A DNA stretch of 64,000 nucleotides from Ramazzottius varieornatus. Its lineage: Eukaryota; Animalia; Tardigrada. The notes beneath the pieces were generated by a model. That model was not told the DNA's origin, did not search any database, and worked only from the letters and a program-made list of their open reading frames with translations. Every line of letters begins with the position of its first letter. Positions within the stretch are counted from its first letter, which is position 1. The DNA lies in the NCBI GenBank assembly GCA_001949185.1, contig BDGG01000006.1, positions 230,827-294,826 of the forward strand, read 5' to 3'. Of the stretch, positions 19,201-32,269 are shown piece after piece. The translations under genes and the position numbers were made by a program.

Positions 19201-22009
19201 TTTCCAGTGGCGCATGCTGTCAGCCCGTAATGCCGAAAAAGTGCGCCACTTTGAAGAAACACAACCAGATTCATTTTCAAGTGCCGCACGCTATCAGCCA
19301 ATATATGAATGCGCAAATCATTGCGTCACTTGGGGAATCCGGCTGAGTTTTCTTGCCGAGCTCTCATGTGCCAGAGGTACTGTATATTCTGTCAGTTTGA
19401 GCTTTACCTGTTGTTGACTGTCAAAGATCAAGGGTGGAGGACAGTTCTGTAAGTAGGCCACATTGTCGCCGCAGTTCCAGAAGGCCGAACAGTCGCTGTC
19501 ATGAGGAAAAAGGCCGCTGGGTTGAGGACAGTGGAAGTTGTCATCCTGGTCCAGTTCGTTGTCAGCCCAGCGCTTTTGAACATGGGGAAGGGGAGCGGCT
19601 TCGGAGGCCACGAAGCCATGCTTGGAAGCGGTATCGCTCTTGACGGACTGGTCGACAATGACCGCATCAGTGTCGTGAAGTGGAGTGGCGGCTTGTAGGT
19701 GAGCGAAAGGCACCAACACTGCAGGTTGAACGTGCTGGGGCGAGAAGAGAATATTGCCGTAAGGAGAACGTTGTTCGGGACGTGCGGGAGACTCGTCGCG
19801 CTCCACCTGCTCGACCGACGAGGAACTTTTCCTTTGAGCAAAGCTAGAGACCGCGTTGGCATCTACCAAATCAAATACAGGCAAATATATTTACATTGTC
19901 TTGAAGATCAAAATCAGTGATGGACCCAGGAAACACTGTGGCAGTTACAACAGCGATAAAAAAGTTTTGAGAAAGGGTTGATTTACCTTCTCGGACCATC
20001 TTACATCCCATGCCGCTCATATCCCAGCTGCGTGCACATCCGCCTTTGGCACTGTCAAAGGCCGAGTTTGGACCACACGACTGCCGTGTTGCCACATTAT
20101 TGACACATCTGTAAAAGAAACAAATTTCCCATAACCGTACTCTTACGCCCTAGTTCAGGTATAATAACCGCAAGTACTATATGGAGGATAAAAAGCGTAC
20201 CGGTAATAAGCGGAGCAGTCGCGGGCATCAGCAAACTGTCCATAAGGTCGTGGACATCTGAATGGCTGGCCATTGGTACTAACCGGCACTCGTAAGTGTT
20301 GCAGTGTAGCCAGGGCCGGTTGCGAGCCATTGACGGGCATGGTGGGCAGCCATGCAGCGTTGAAGGGAACCGAACGGTTGGCTGTGACAATGCTGGTCAT
20401 AATGTGGTTGGTGACATACACCACCGTTCCTGAATCGGGATGCTCCAAAACTCTGGTTGGGTTACTGTGCTGACTGGACACGCTACTTGGCGTCTGAGTC
20501 GGAGGATAAGTCAAGTCGTTAAAGACGTTCTTCATGCTGTCGGGTTTGGTCAAGAGTTCCAGGTATGTATTCATGTCGGGGTCGTCGTTGTCTTCGGTGC
20601 TGTTAGATACAAAGTCTTGCGTGTGATTGAAGACATGGTCGGGCTGTTGAGCAATGGTGGCAGCTTCGGTAGGGTTAGATGAGGGGAAAGAGGCCATGGG
20701 AGCCATGGTGTTGAAGGGCGCGAAGGCGTTGAAGGGCGCAAAGGCGTTATAGGCTCGCCAGGCTTCCGTCGACATGATGCTACCAGCGCTGCTACTTGTC
20801 GACGGCAGCACTGTGGTGCTTTCGGTGATATTGATGGGCAGCATGGTACTGGTCGGAGTGGAGGTTGCAGTGGGACCGGAAGTAGTACTGAAGGTGGTGG
20901 CCAGCGCTGTATGAGTGGTGGCAAGTCGCGTACTGTCTGTCATGACGGAGGAATGAGTGGTAGCGGAAGTGGAGGTGCTAAGAGGCGCTGTGGTAGTGGT
21001 GGTGGTTGCGCTGGTGGTTGTTTGCCTGAGGCATGGTGCTTGGCTAGCCCAGTTGCAGTACTTGCGGACGTCGTCAAAGTACAGGCCGGCTGGACACTGG
21101 ACGTGAATAAAGTCGCCTTTCCAACAACTAAATGATAAATACTCATCATCGAGAAAGAGAAATAAACAGAAAGTGAATATAGGAAAAGGAAGATGGCTTA
21201 CTTGTAATAAAAAGAGCAGTTTTGTTTATCGACAAACTGTCCAGTGGGTTGCGGGCATGGATTGACCTTGTTAGGCCTGCTAGACAGCAAAGGGTCCATC
21301 TGTAGGTCCTGGCTTTGTTTCGGATCGGGCTGTTTGCGGCGCAGATACAAGGAGCCACTCTGAGGATGAACTTTGGTGGTGCTCATGCTTTCGTTGAGGT
21401 GGGTGAGGACAGTGGTCGACTGGTTGGCTTGGCTAACGTGCGTACTGACTTGCGGTGTGGAGAAGGTAACGACCAACTTGGGTCCCAGGGTAGAGGGTGT
21501 GGTGGGACTGCTCGTCGTCAATGTTGGGGAAGTACTGCCGCTGCTGGCAGAAGCGGCCTTGTCGGTAGTTTGATGCTGGCAATGGACGGCACTCTTCCAG
21601 TTACAGTAGCCCAGTCGTCCATCGAAGAAAAGTCCTTCTTGGCAAAACTCATGCGTCCACGCTCCTTCCCAACAACTGCCAACAAAAGTCCCACTTCAAA
21701 ACTGCCACCTGTTGGGGGTAGACTACCATGACAGGACAGCACAACTTACTTGTAGTACGCTCTGCAGTCATGCAAGTCGGCAAACTGGCCATTATATCCG
21801 GGACAGCGGAAAGCTGTCTTTGCTTCGGCCTGATAGAGTCGGCTTCTGGCTGGACTATCGGAAGTTGTAGTTATGTTAGACTGGCTACTTGCCGACTGGT
21901 TGGTCGTTATTCCAACGGTGACAGTGGTACCGGAATTTCCTGAAGATGTATGAGCTTGACATGTCCAGATCACTATAAACAACAGAAAAAATATCAAAAA
22001 TCTATCCAT
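16280..22009 (-). CDS. Secreted chitin-binding mucin/peritrophin (7 CBM14 domains plus Thr/Ser-rich regions)
   Basis: Signal peptide MDRFLIFFLLFIVIWTCQA. Exons 22009-21750, 21675-21202, 21127-20201, 20108-19987, 19862-19408, 19099-18766 and 18684-16280 splice in frame. Seven CP..G.F...C..Y..C-type ChtBD2 units and a Thr/Ser mucin tail of more than 600 aa. Confidence 0.9.
19169..19364. mobile_element. Palindromic MITE-like element, double-hairpin copy, in a mucin intron
   Basis: Ends AGAGCTGGGCAA ... TTGCCGAGCTCT; inner AGTGGCGCA...TGCGCCACT plus a second degenerate hairpin. Confidence 0.7.
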
Positions 22010-22711
22010 GATGAAATATCAAGTTTAAAATTCAGCAACTATAAAAGTGCGCATGGGCATACAAGTTTGCCACAAACCGCAGTGAATAAATGTCAATGGG
22101 GAAAATGGCGAAGTTTACCGGCTTATATTGAAAGGATTTGATGGATGCAGATAATTAATACGGGCAGTTGCAGGAGGGCCAGGGGAATGTAGGTCTAGAT
22201 TGGGTGGATCTGTCCATCGGCTGACCATGACTGGATCTCAACTAGAATATAATCGGGTGATATGTAATTCGTACAACTGCCCTACTGACTACCATATGCA
22301 AATTCAATACCAACAAACACTTGAAGAGAAAACCAGCGACAAAGTGTTACAATTTCAAGTGCAAACACTTCCGCGTCAGTCCAGCGCCGGTAAACCACGT
22401 GCTGACCAAGAAAGCGTTGAACAGAAAGCCCCACCGTCGGAGTGATGATTATATCGATGGGGATATGTAAAAGGGTCAGATGGTTTGTTAGCAGCCGCGG
22501 AAACTGTCATGACGGCACCATTACGGCACTTGTACAGGAAGGAGGAAAGAAGCTTCTTACATATGGCAGGTGACTGCAAGGAGAGTCGCCGAGTACACTC
22601 GTCCACGTCAAGGTGACAACAAGGAAGTATTGCCGCTGGCAAACCTTGAGTAAATAGACTGACAGGCGCCTTTGCTTATTGTCAACAAAAACAGTGCACG
22701 GCTCTACGACA

Positions 22712-23731
22712 TTAATATCGGGCTGAAGCGGTGGAAAAAGGAAAAGCAGAATGATGAAAGAAACTCAAAGGAGCCGTTAAGAAGGGAGGAAGGCTGAAAC
22801 CTTTGCATGTTCTTTCCATGACCAGTGGTGAAGTGGACATGGCTGGTCTCTCCTGGCGGCAGACACTTTCGCCTTGTGATACGTAGAGCGGGGTGAAACG
22901 ACAAGCCAGCACGGCTTCCCCGGTGTCCGACAAGGAGGAAGATGCAGCGACCTTGCTGCCTCGCATGCTGCTACGTTGCCGTTGTCCGCGATGACCGCTG
23001 TCTTCGGCAGACGTTGTCTCCTGTGGTTCGAAGGCCTGATGCGGACAGCCGTTCTGGTGATGCACCGCATGCTCTCCTGCAAAAAGAATCGCTATTTCTT
23101 TGTTTTCATCTAAACCACAACTTCTCTAATTAAACGTTAACGGAGAGCTGGCACATTAAATCCGACAAGACTGCTTTCCCAAGTGGCGCATGTTCTTATC
23201 GCCACTGGCAGAAAGTGTGCGCCACTTGGGAAGAGTATGTTGTTTGGTTTTGGTTGCCCAAGTCGTAGCTTACGCAGTTGGTCAGCGCGAACAGCCAGGC
23301 TTGTTTGACGCTTCCATTTGGTCCGCCGATTTTGGAACCTGCAACAAGGCCGGTTGTTACTGAAAAAGCGGACTATAACAATGGCCCTACAGCGCTTTGC
23401 CTGATGAAATACACACTTACCAGCACTTGATCTGCGCTTCGGAGAGGGAGAGCTGGTCCGCTACTTGGCCGCGATCCGACAAAGTCAGGTACTTCTGACA
23501 CTGAAACTTGCGCTCCAGAAAGGCCAACTGCGGTCGAGAGAAGGCTGTTCGTCGTCGACGTTGACCAGCAGAGACACCACCCAACCGCGGACGTCGCTGA
23601 CGAAACTTGCTGTTGTTACCGCCTTTCTTGCAAAACCCGACCTCTTCCTTCCGTCCCTTATGGGCCTCCATACCTAGAATATCCTTGATCAAGAAGCCCT
23701 TCTTGGCCACACTCCTTGCAAGACTATCCAT
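22712..23731 (-). CDS. Bari: NK-like (Bari family) homeobox protein with eh1 motif
   Basis: Exons 23731-23421, 23338-23274, 23076-22712. eh1 motif FLIKDIL; homeodomain RRRRTAFSRPQLAFLERKFQCQKYLTLSDRGQVADQLSLSEAQIKCWFQNRRTKWKRQ. LERKFxCQKYL is characteristic of the Bari family as recalled (Drosophila CG11085). Confidence 0.8.
23145..23264. mobile_element. Palindromic MITE-like element in the homeobox intron
   Basis: TTCCCAAGTGGCGCA...TGCGCCACTTGGGAA inner inverted repeat with degenerate GAGCTGGCA/TTGCCCAAG ends. Confidence 0.65.
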
Positions 23732-24968
23732 ATTCCTTACTGCTGGTAAAAAACGCGAAAAACTTGCCCACAGTTCCCCTTTAAATTCACAAAGAGAGGA
23801 ACGAAACGCGGAAAGACCTAGATGAAGTGCCATAGTCTTCCTCGTCGCTGTTTAAGAACGATTCCCTCAAGCCGCAATTAAAGCTCCTCCTGCCCCGTTA
23901 GCATTAACTAGCTCTTTAACGTTACTGATATCCTCTATTCTGCCCTGCGCGATAGTTGTCCCATTAGCGAAGTGACAACGAGATTATGCAAAACTGCAAT
24001 CAAGGAAGTTTGGAGGACGCTTAGCTCGTTATGGCTAATCCACCAGATTCCGCAGCAAACACCAGATTGCTGTCTGAATTGGTACAGTGTAACGTCAAGC
24101 CCTGTAGGGATCGACAGTCCAGAAGGATCACTGAGGGGGATAACTGGCCAAGTTTGCCTTGTGATTAGCCAGCCATTATTGCCCGATTATGGACGCGTCA
24201 CTTCCCCCCTCTATCCCGCCTCCACGGTCTTTCCTCGTAAACCTGGTCGAAGTCCCTGACTTCGAACAGGAAAGGCAAACTTTTGCTGACGGGGTCTACT
24301 AGCGCCAACCTGAATTTCAGGAGATACACGAAAATAGCCAGCGGTCAGATAGGGTTTGAAACGTTGACCGGAAGCATCAAGCCCTCTTTAAGCTGCTGTA
24401 TGAAAGTGTATTTGTAATGTACTACCACATAACATGCTATACCGCGTCACGACATCACTATTTAGTGTGACGTCAGCGGATCGCAATGGCGTCACAAATA
24501 ATTATTATGGTTTCTTTTCGATAAAGCGCTCACCTGATTTTCCATATTCTGCCAACAAAATCGCATTCCGGTCCATCTGATTTTGTCTGTCGTGGCATCG
24601 TCGAATTTTAGGATGATCCGCGGCTGATTGAACTTAGCAACCTTGTGCCGACTACGACAGCCTTCGTTCATCCACGCACCTCGAAGCTCCGAGGAGAACA
24701 ACCTGTGGAACTGGAATTCTGTTGTAAGTAAGTAAGATTCCCCGGCTCAGAGCAGACCCTACCTTTCGCCATTTAGGCATTTGAAGGAGTGATTGTTCTT
24801 TCCAGTTTCCGGAGCCATCATTCGGCAAAGAAATCTCTCTTTTGGACGCAACTCTCCAAATCGTTGCAGAGTACTCAGGGAGCCGAATTTCTACAGGCAG
24901 AACACTGCACATCACTTGGATTTCGAACGTTTCTTCGATCAAGACTGTGACACTTACCGCCCCAGAAG

Positions 24969-27900
24969 ATGGAAGTTGATGGAACTACCGAGGCTCTGTA
25001 CAGCGAGGATTTTGATGCAAATGAATGTAAGTTGCGAGCTCGAATAAGTTAGATTAGTCCGAGAATGCCTTGATAGTATAGTATAATAACTGTCATGTTG
25101 TTGATATCTTGTCATGTCATGTCGGCGCACGTTATGGATAAATTGTGACATGACTTACTGGCCTATGTCCACTGTCTGCCGCACTTGCTAGTTGCTACTG
25201 TCCGCTTGCAGTTCTTTCAGGAATGATAGCGGGTGGGGACATCAAGAGTCAGCTGGAAGAAAGCTGGCGTTCGGTGGAGCAAGTGCGGGACAAGGCTATG
25301 GCCGGCATCCGCGACAGCGCCTTCCGCTACCACAGCGGCATCCTCACCGCTTCCCGCGAAATTCGTAGTAGGTTCTCCCTTCTCCATCTAATTTGCCGTA
25401 CTACTGCGAACTGACATTCCTACTGACAGCCCTGGAAAACGAGCTGGAAGAGCTGCGCGGTGTCCTGCTGGAAGAAGCTGGTACGCTGGAACAAGCCATG
25501 TCGGACTTTTCGGCACAACGTGTGCAGACTGGCCAGGGTGACAATGTCGCTTCCCTAGTCGCTCAACAGAAAACTCAACGTAGGCTCGTTATCATTCTGT
25601 TTACCTCGCACCTGTAATCTCACAAGTAGGATCGTCTTAAGAATGATTTCTGCTCGCAAAAGAGGGCCGTCGAAAATCCACTCGCTTCGCACGCAAGAGC
25701 GTCTTCGGCCATTTGAACAAGATTGAAGGCTTTGATCACGTTAGTTGCATAATCTTTTCTTCTAGTATAAGGGAAGACGGCCTTACAATGAAACTGGGTA
25801 TTAGTAGGAGTGGTTAAAGAATCGGGATCGGTACTTCGTGGGTAATCGCGACCTGGACGAGTATGACATTGTCTCGCTGAAGCGGATGCACGACCTGATA
25901 GTCATCATCTTCTCCGACTGCCTCATCTTGACACTATGGACTCCCCATCAGTAAGTATGGACGCTCTAAGAAATAATTTCTGGGCGTAAACAGGCTTAAG
26001 GGTGTGGTTTACAGTGCGAAGAATACTCATACGGAGTACAAGTTTGTAGAGCTGGTCCATCTGGACAAGACGGAAGCGTCGGTTTACGTGCCCGACAAGG
26101 AAAGCAAGAGCTTAGCTGCTCAACTCCACCTCGACAAGCTGCAGATCAACTTCAAGTTACACGCTCCGCTTCCCGTCCCCAACCACAACCAAAACCACAG
26201 CCTTCGCTTCCCCTTCATTCTCCAGACTCTCAACCATAGCGTTATCAAACTGTTTGACTGTGAAAGCGAAGAAGAACGCGTACGTCAAATTATCCTCTAC
26301 ATCAACACATCTTAATGCGTACTGAAATAATAACTAGCTAGTGGTTCTGACCACTGGGAAGGCCGAGCAGAAGCAAAGAAGCACAAGTTTTCGAGTAAAA
26401 ACTTTTGCTACTCGGATCAAGTTGCGCACTTGTTTTCAGTACAGAGGTTACGATATCTGATATCAATCTGATCGTCCATCAAAATCTCGACACTTAAAAG
26501 GGCCTCGCTTCGCTCGGCCTGATGAACCGTTGTTTCAGACAGACTGGATCGAAACACTGAACAAGCTCAGCAAAGAGCTGGAAGATCAGAACAAGATCGA
26601 GACTGCCACCAAGAAAGCCATTGGTACCGTTCCCAAATATCATCTAAATGATGATAGATAGAGATTGGGTATTTCTACTGACAGAAATTGGAGAGTCGCT
26701 GGATAACATCATGAATCGTTACCGGAATACGCCCACTCATGCCGAAGTTCTTCTGGAAAAGATTCCGCCCTGGTTCCGGGAAGGCGCCAGCGACATTGAG
26801 GATCACGTGGAAATGCGCGAGTATAACGAAGCGGTGGAGATTGTCCTGCGCGCCCAAAAGTTTTGGCAGCGGCTGAAAGACTGGCCTACTAAACGAGGAG
26901 CCTTAGATCTTTACCGTTAGCGACAATCAAGTCATGCGAAATATTAATTGGATTTCTTCACCTTCTGAGTATCAGCATAACCTACTATTGATATTCAATG
27001 ATATTTGCCTTTATGTAGGAAGAGTTGTGAAGGCACGGGAGAAGTTGATTAAGAGTATGCTGGAGCCCTTGCGATGCACTATGGACTGCCCGATGGGCTT
27101 CGATCGGCCCATGGTCGTCGAGCTGATCGGCTTGACCAAGATGTTGGGTGTCGTTTACTCGGTAGGTGGTCTTCACTTCTTAGTCTTTTGGCTACATCTG
27201 TAATTGACTCCCTTGACCCGTAGGCGGCCATGTTGTACCTGGACCATCGGTCACGCGTAGTAGCTCTGGCCGTCGAAGCAGTCAAGCCCGAAGACTCGGC
27301 TCTCAACTATGTCCGTAAATGCTGCGAAGTCCTCTTCGAGCTGATCAGCCAGACCGTCGAAGAATTCGCGAGTCTACAGTTGATGGACAGCCAACATCGA
27401 CCTGGTAATAATATGTGAACACATTAACTGGTTCTCGGCAAGCAAGGTCGACAAGATTGTTTCCTTAAATGGCGCATACTCTGAGCTTATAACACAGAGA
27501 GCGTGTGCTACTTGAAGTAAGAATCTTGCCGCATTTGTTTACCGACCTCCTAATAACCAACGTCTATGGCAGTAATACACGGTGGTATCTTTCTTCTTTG
27601 CAGCCTTATTAGGATGGACGCGATACCGGTTGCAGTTGTTCTGTGGCCAACTATCGCCCGTCATCTTTGGCTCGCAGATGACGATGGCCGCTCTAGCCTA
27701 CTGTATCCAGCAAGTTCGCAATGCCGCCATTTCTACAGTGAGTCCACTTCCGGCCAGCAATACTTGATTTTCACCATTGTCAATTCACCTCTAATCCAGT
27801 TACTTCACCGAGTAGAGTGCGGTAGTGAAAATAGACTTGCTGTCGACGATCGACGCGGCCTTTGAGGAAGAATGCGTTTCCTGCATTGACCAGTACATGG

Positions 27901-28810
27901 ACATGCTCATCGAAGACTTCTTAGCGGGCCACAAGGTACGTGACGTTTTACCAGAAAGTAACAAACGACTGGATTACAGTCCTGCGGAGCTATTTTTAGC
28001 TCATTTCGCCTTTCTTCTACGAGGTTTTTACAAAAAGCTCATCCAGGTTCATGCGCTGCACAACCCTGTTTTGCGTTTTCGTAGAAAAAAGGCAGATTTA
28101 GCTCGCGAGCTAAAACGAGCTGAATAGCTCCGCAGCTCTGCTGGGTTATAGTGACAACACTATAATTAATGTTGTTTTTGGTTGTGTATAGGAAAGCAAC
28201 TTTCTGGTCATTAGTTTCGACAACAAGGAATCGATGAGGATGTACCTCAGCCAGCAGAAATCCATGGAAGGCCTGGGTTCCCTCCTGCCTTACTTCGGTA
28301 AAAGCTGTCACCATGTCTTCCTTGTTGTAGGCTGGTTAACTAATAAGCTCCTTGTTGACAGATAACTTGACGCTAAAAGTGGCGCAAGAGTTTGTCCGCT
28401 TCGGACAGGCCTTCCTGCAGTTTACGCGTGACATGTGTACCATCTGTCATGGCGGTATGCGCCGCCAAGCCGAGCTGTGGCTGTCGCGAGGAGCGGCAGC
28501 CGCTGTCCAAATCTTGAAGGAGGGAACTATGGTCAGCCAGTATGCTGCCGTCCGCGCAGAGGCCTTGGTAAGTAACTGGACAGTGAAGGTTGGCAGCGCC
28601 CAAGACTCATTCGTCGTATAGGCTGTAACTATTTCTGCCCTACAGGACGAACTTCTCTATGCCACAACACAGTTTCTTACCTTGAACGTCTTCAATGGCG
28701 CGCAAGATATCTTCACCAAGAAATTTGGCCCATGTGAGTACTTTCTCTTTGTCGAAAAAGACACACTGGAGGAATTAGCTCAAGAACTAAAAGCTCGCTT
28801 GAAGAAATGA
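24969..28810 (+). CDS. EXOC8: Exocyst component 8 (Exo84), divergent, multi-exon
   Basis: N-terminal SEDFDANEF...ASREI.LENELEELRGVL (Vps51/Exo84-type), PH-like DLDEYD...IIFSDCLIL, PPWFREGASDIEDHVEMREYNEAV; terminal TGA at 28808-28810. Some internal exon boundaries are approximate. Confidence 0.75.
27430..27550. mobile_element. Degenerate palindromic MITE-like element in an EXOC8 intron
   Basis: CTCGGCAAGCAAGGTCGACAAGATT...ATGGCGCA...TGTGCTACTTG...AATCTTGCC...TTTACCGACCTCC. Confidence 0.55.
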
Positions 28811-29039
28811 CATCCACATGACTTTTGCCGATAAGCCTTTCGTTACGAAATTTTACTACAATTTTGACCATGACAGCCAGCGCTTCCCCCATTTTGATTT
28901 CTGCACATTTCCACTTGCTTCCTTTTGGATGCTTAAAGAAACTGAAGGATAATTTCTGAAACAAGAGGAGGATCAATTGATTGATGGATGAAAGACTAAA
29001 TAAGTAGCAGGGTAATCTCACCACATACGAAGGCGGAAG

Positions 29040-29727
29040 TTAGGCGTGCCTTTTGAAATATTCCTTGGCCATTTCCGGTTCGGCTTTCATCGTGTCTTTG
29101 CCTGCAGTCCAGCCCGCTGGACAGACTACTCCGTTCTCGTCGGCAAACTGGAATGCCGTAACCAGTCTCAGTGTTTCATCGACGGAACGCCCAACGGACA
29201 TATCGTTGATCGACATGTGGCGCAGCTTGTTTTCGCGGTCGAGGATAAACTGTCCGCGGTAGGCGCTTCCTTCTTTCTCCAGGTAGACGCCGTACTGACG
29301 AGCGATCCGACCATTACGGTCGGCCAACAGCGGATACTGGACGCTCTGACCCAAGCCGCCTTCCTTCTTTGGCGTGTTATACCTAGACGGTACCAAGGAG
29401 TCCTCTTTCTTCCATGCACATGTGAAAGTAAGCTTAAGGGTATAAACACGGAAGTGGGGCTTACCAAGCTAAATGGGAATATTGGCTGTCACACGAAATA
29501 CCAACAATTTGACAACCGATTTTAGTAAAGTCGGCCAGGCGATCGCTGAAGGCAATCAGTTCCGTGGGACATACGAAGGAAAAGTCAGCGGGATAAAAGA
29601 TGATAACGACATACTTGTCGCGAAACGAAGAGCATTCGATATCGATGAATTCGCCCTTGAGCAGGGCGGGAGCGCAGAAGCCTGGCGCCTTCTCGCCAAT
29701 TCGCAGTGTTGGGTTGTCAAACGACAT
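29040..29727 (-). CDS. PRDX: Typical 2-Cys peroxiredoxin
   Basis: Exons 29727-29465 and 29382-29040. FYPADFSFVCPTE (peroxidatic Cys), GGLG, VCPAGW (resolving Cys) and C-terminal YF motif. Confidence 0.95.
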
Positions 29728-30243
29728 TTCAGCCCAGGTGTCGGAAATACCACAGCACACGGGCAGAGCAATATTACAACGTCTACCTGCTTGGATTTTC
29801 CAGGGAGAGGATGCAATCGCCAATCGTTTGTAGTTCAAAAAATGGCAAAATTGACCATATCTCCAGGTGATAGCCTGGACGTCGGTAGACGAAGAGGTTC
29901 TTGGAAAACAAACCTGTGATGAGAGAGCACAAACAGCGACGAAACTGCAATGTCGTTTACTGTAGCTTCTGTTAAATTAAAAAAACATTCCTGCAACAAC
30001 CCTAGTGATTGTCCGATGGTGAAAAAGAGACGCGATCAAGAGACGAACTAAACAATAGCTAGAAGGAATGAGGCTATAATAAAGCAGTACAGTGCTCATG
30101 GTCATGGTTAGCTTTCAAAGTAGAAGCAACAGTCAAACAAATGAATACAGTATGGACGAAAAGTCAACACAGCAAGGCAACGAGAAAGTTCTTGCACGAT
30201 CTTCTTTGGTCTGGGCGATGAAGGCAACCTCGGTGTCATTGTG

Positions 30244-32269
30244 TTACAGCTGGGGAAGAGTGAGGCTTTCTACAGACTGTGAGACGATAGTCGACACTTC
30301 GAACATCTTCTTGCTGCTGTATTTCTTGAAGATACACTAGCAAATGACCAAATATCTTCAAATTGCCTTTCTTGATGAAGAAAGAGGGTGCGCCTGTCTG
30401 ACATACCTGTTGTTTGGCCGTTGGCGCAGCCTGGACCATGGCCAGCAGGCGTTGGGCGATGGGCTGCACCTCCTTCTCCTTGTACATGCTGTAGTACTCC
30501 AAGTCCGCCGTCTAGAGCACCAGGAAGAAAATTTACTACAAGCTAGCAGTATTTGTTTTCCACCTTGGACCGGTCTTACCCACAGAGTCGAAGAGTCATC
30601 CGAGAGATCCATGGAGGAGCCATCAGCCAGGCGTTGGGCCTGGATATTCAGCATCAAGTACATGGCAGCAGCGGCTGTCAGTGAAGAGTACACTGCCACG
30701 AAGGAGCAGTCCTACACAACAACAGAGCATACTGGCCAAATGCCAAGATAAGCATTCGGAAGGCTTACCAGTAAAGCCAGTTCGCAGATGTACTTGGCCA
30801 TCACGTAGTCTTCGGCATCGCTCTGCATAACAAAAAGGCTATGTCGCTATATAAATTGGCGAGATATCAGCAGGTTGTCTCACCTGGGCGGCCTTGCTGC
30901 AGCGACGCAAAAAGTGATTGGAGTTGGGACGAGTGAAATCAAAATTTAGCGTCTGGCTAATGACCAGTTCGGTCTCCAATATCTGCGCCTTGGTGCAGGC
31001 GTTGTCGGCAATGTAGGCAAAGTCCGACACTTCCGGTGGATACACTTCCTCAAACTTGGACGCTATCAATTAAAGGCGTTGTATAGTTTGTACTTCATTA
31101 AGCCCAACATCCCCGAAAAGGTACCGAGAGAGACAGGCCGATTACGGGGAGCTGGGCAAACAAATCTGACAAGTGGCGCACGCTTTGAGTGTTGTTGGCT
31201 GTACGAGTGCGCTACTTGGTGAAACGATCTTGTCAAGTATTTTTGCCTGAGTTCCGATGGAGAAAAAGGCTGGGTAACTGTATCATTCACCCACCGATGA
31301 ATAAGGCAGTCACTCCGACCAACTGAAGTTCTTCCTTGGTGATGTCCAGTTCGGGAGTCTGCAAACATTCGCTCATTCATTCATCGCAACGGACTTTCAT
31401 GGCTCAGCGATGCAACGAAGTCACTTACCGACATGAAGCGATCAACGATGGATACAGCTGGTAGAGAATAACGTTAGACATGATTGCAGAAATACATGGA
31501 AAGTGTAGCGTAAGAAGAGAAGGAGGCAGTATACCGAGGTAGAGGGTATCCTGGCACATGTGGAATTTGTACTGGACACTGACCATCCAGTCAATCAAGA
31601 TGGCGCGCATACGAGTGTTGACTGACAATTTGTCCATGTAGTTCGCAGCCACCACATCCTGCAACCACAAAACCGGTACTGAGGACCTTCAGCCTGAAAT
31701 CTAAAACAGGCTGGAGGTACAAGAGGAGCGCCAAGTCAAGTCAAGTCACTTCACCTTTTCTCGTTGATGGAGATAAGCGTAGATGTGTTCGACATAGGCG
31801 CACACTAGCGATTCGTTGCCTGAAAATCAATTATTCACATATTTCGAACGGACTTTTTCACGGGGGAAAAAACCACTAGCATGACTTCTCCTACCAATTT
31901 CGTCGATGTAGATGTCTTGCACATTGTCTGGCCGTTCTCGGACGGAGACAAAGCCACCCTCTTTGCCAGCAGTCCGTACAATTTCCTGTACCACCTTGAT
32001 GCGCTTGCTTCGGATCGCTCGACTCTGCCAGACGAACAATGAGCCGTCAAACCTTTCCTTTGGTTTCATAGAGGTTGAGAGAAACTTACAGCTGGGATAA
32101 CCTGGCTGATGGCCGCTTGCACAGGGCAGTTGGAAGAGGCAGCGACGGCAGCCTTGGCCGAGGCCTTTTCCACCTTAAGAGGCTTGAAGGCTCCATCAGC
32201 CGCAGGCTTCAATGTGTTCCCCATTCCACCCTGACGATTCGCCAAGCCTTTGTTCAAACGAGTGGCCAT
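30244..32269 (-). CDS. CycB: G2/mitotic cyclin B
   Basis: Multi-exon. [30 protein letters not shown] and FLRRCSKA (B-type signature); C-terminal KKYSSKK; TAA at 30246-30244. Confidence 0.9.
31148..31255. mobile_element. Palindromic MITE-like element in a cyclin B intron
   Basis: GGAGCTGGGCAAACAAATCTGACAAGTGGCGCAC...GTGCGCTACTTGGTGAAACGATCTTGTCAAG...TTTTGCCTGAGTTCC. Confidence 0.7.

Noticed and set aside
26500-26522. GGCCTCGCTTCGCTCGGCC short hairpin in an EXOC8 intron
   Set aside because: Single short occurrence with no definable boundaries; possibly a repeat relic but unsupported.
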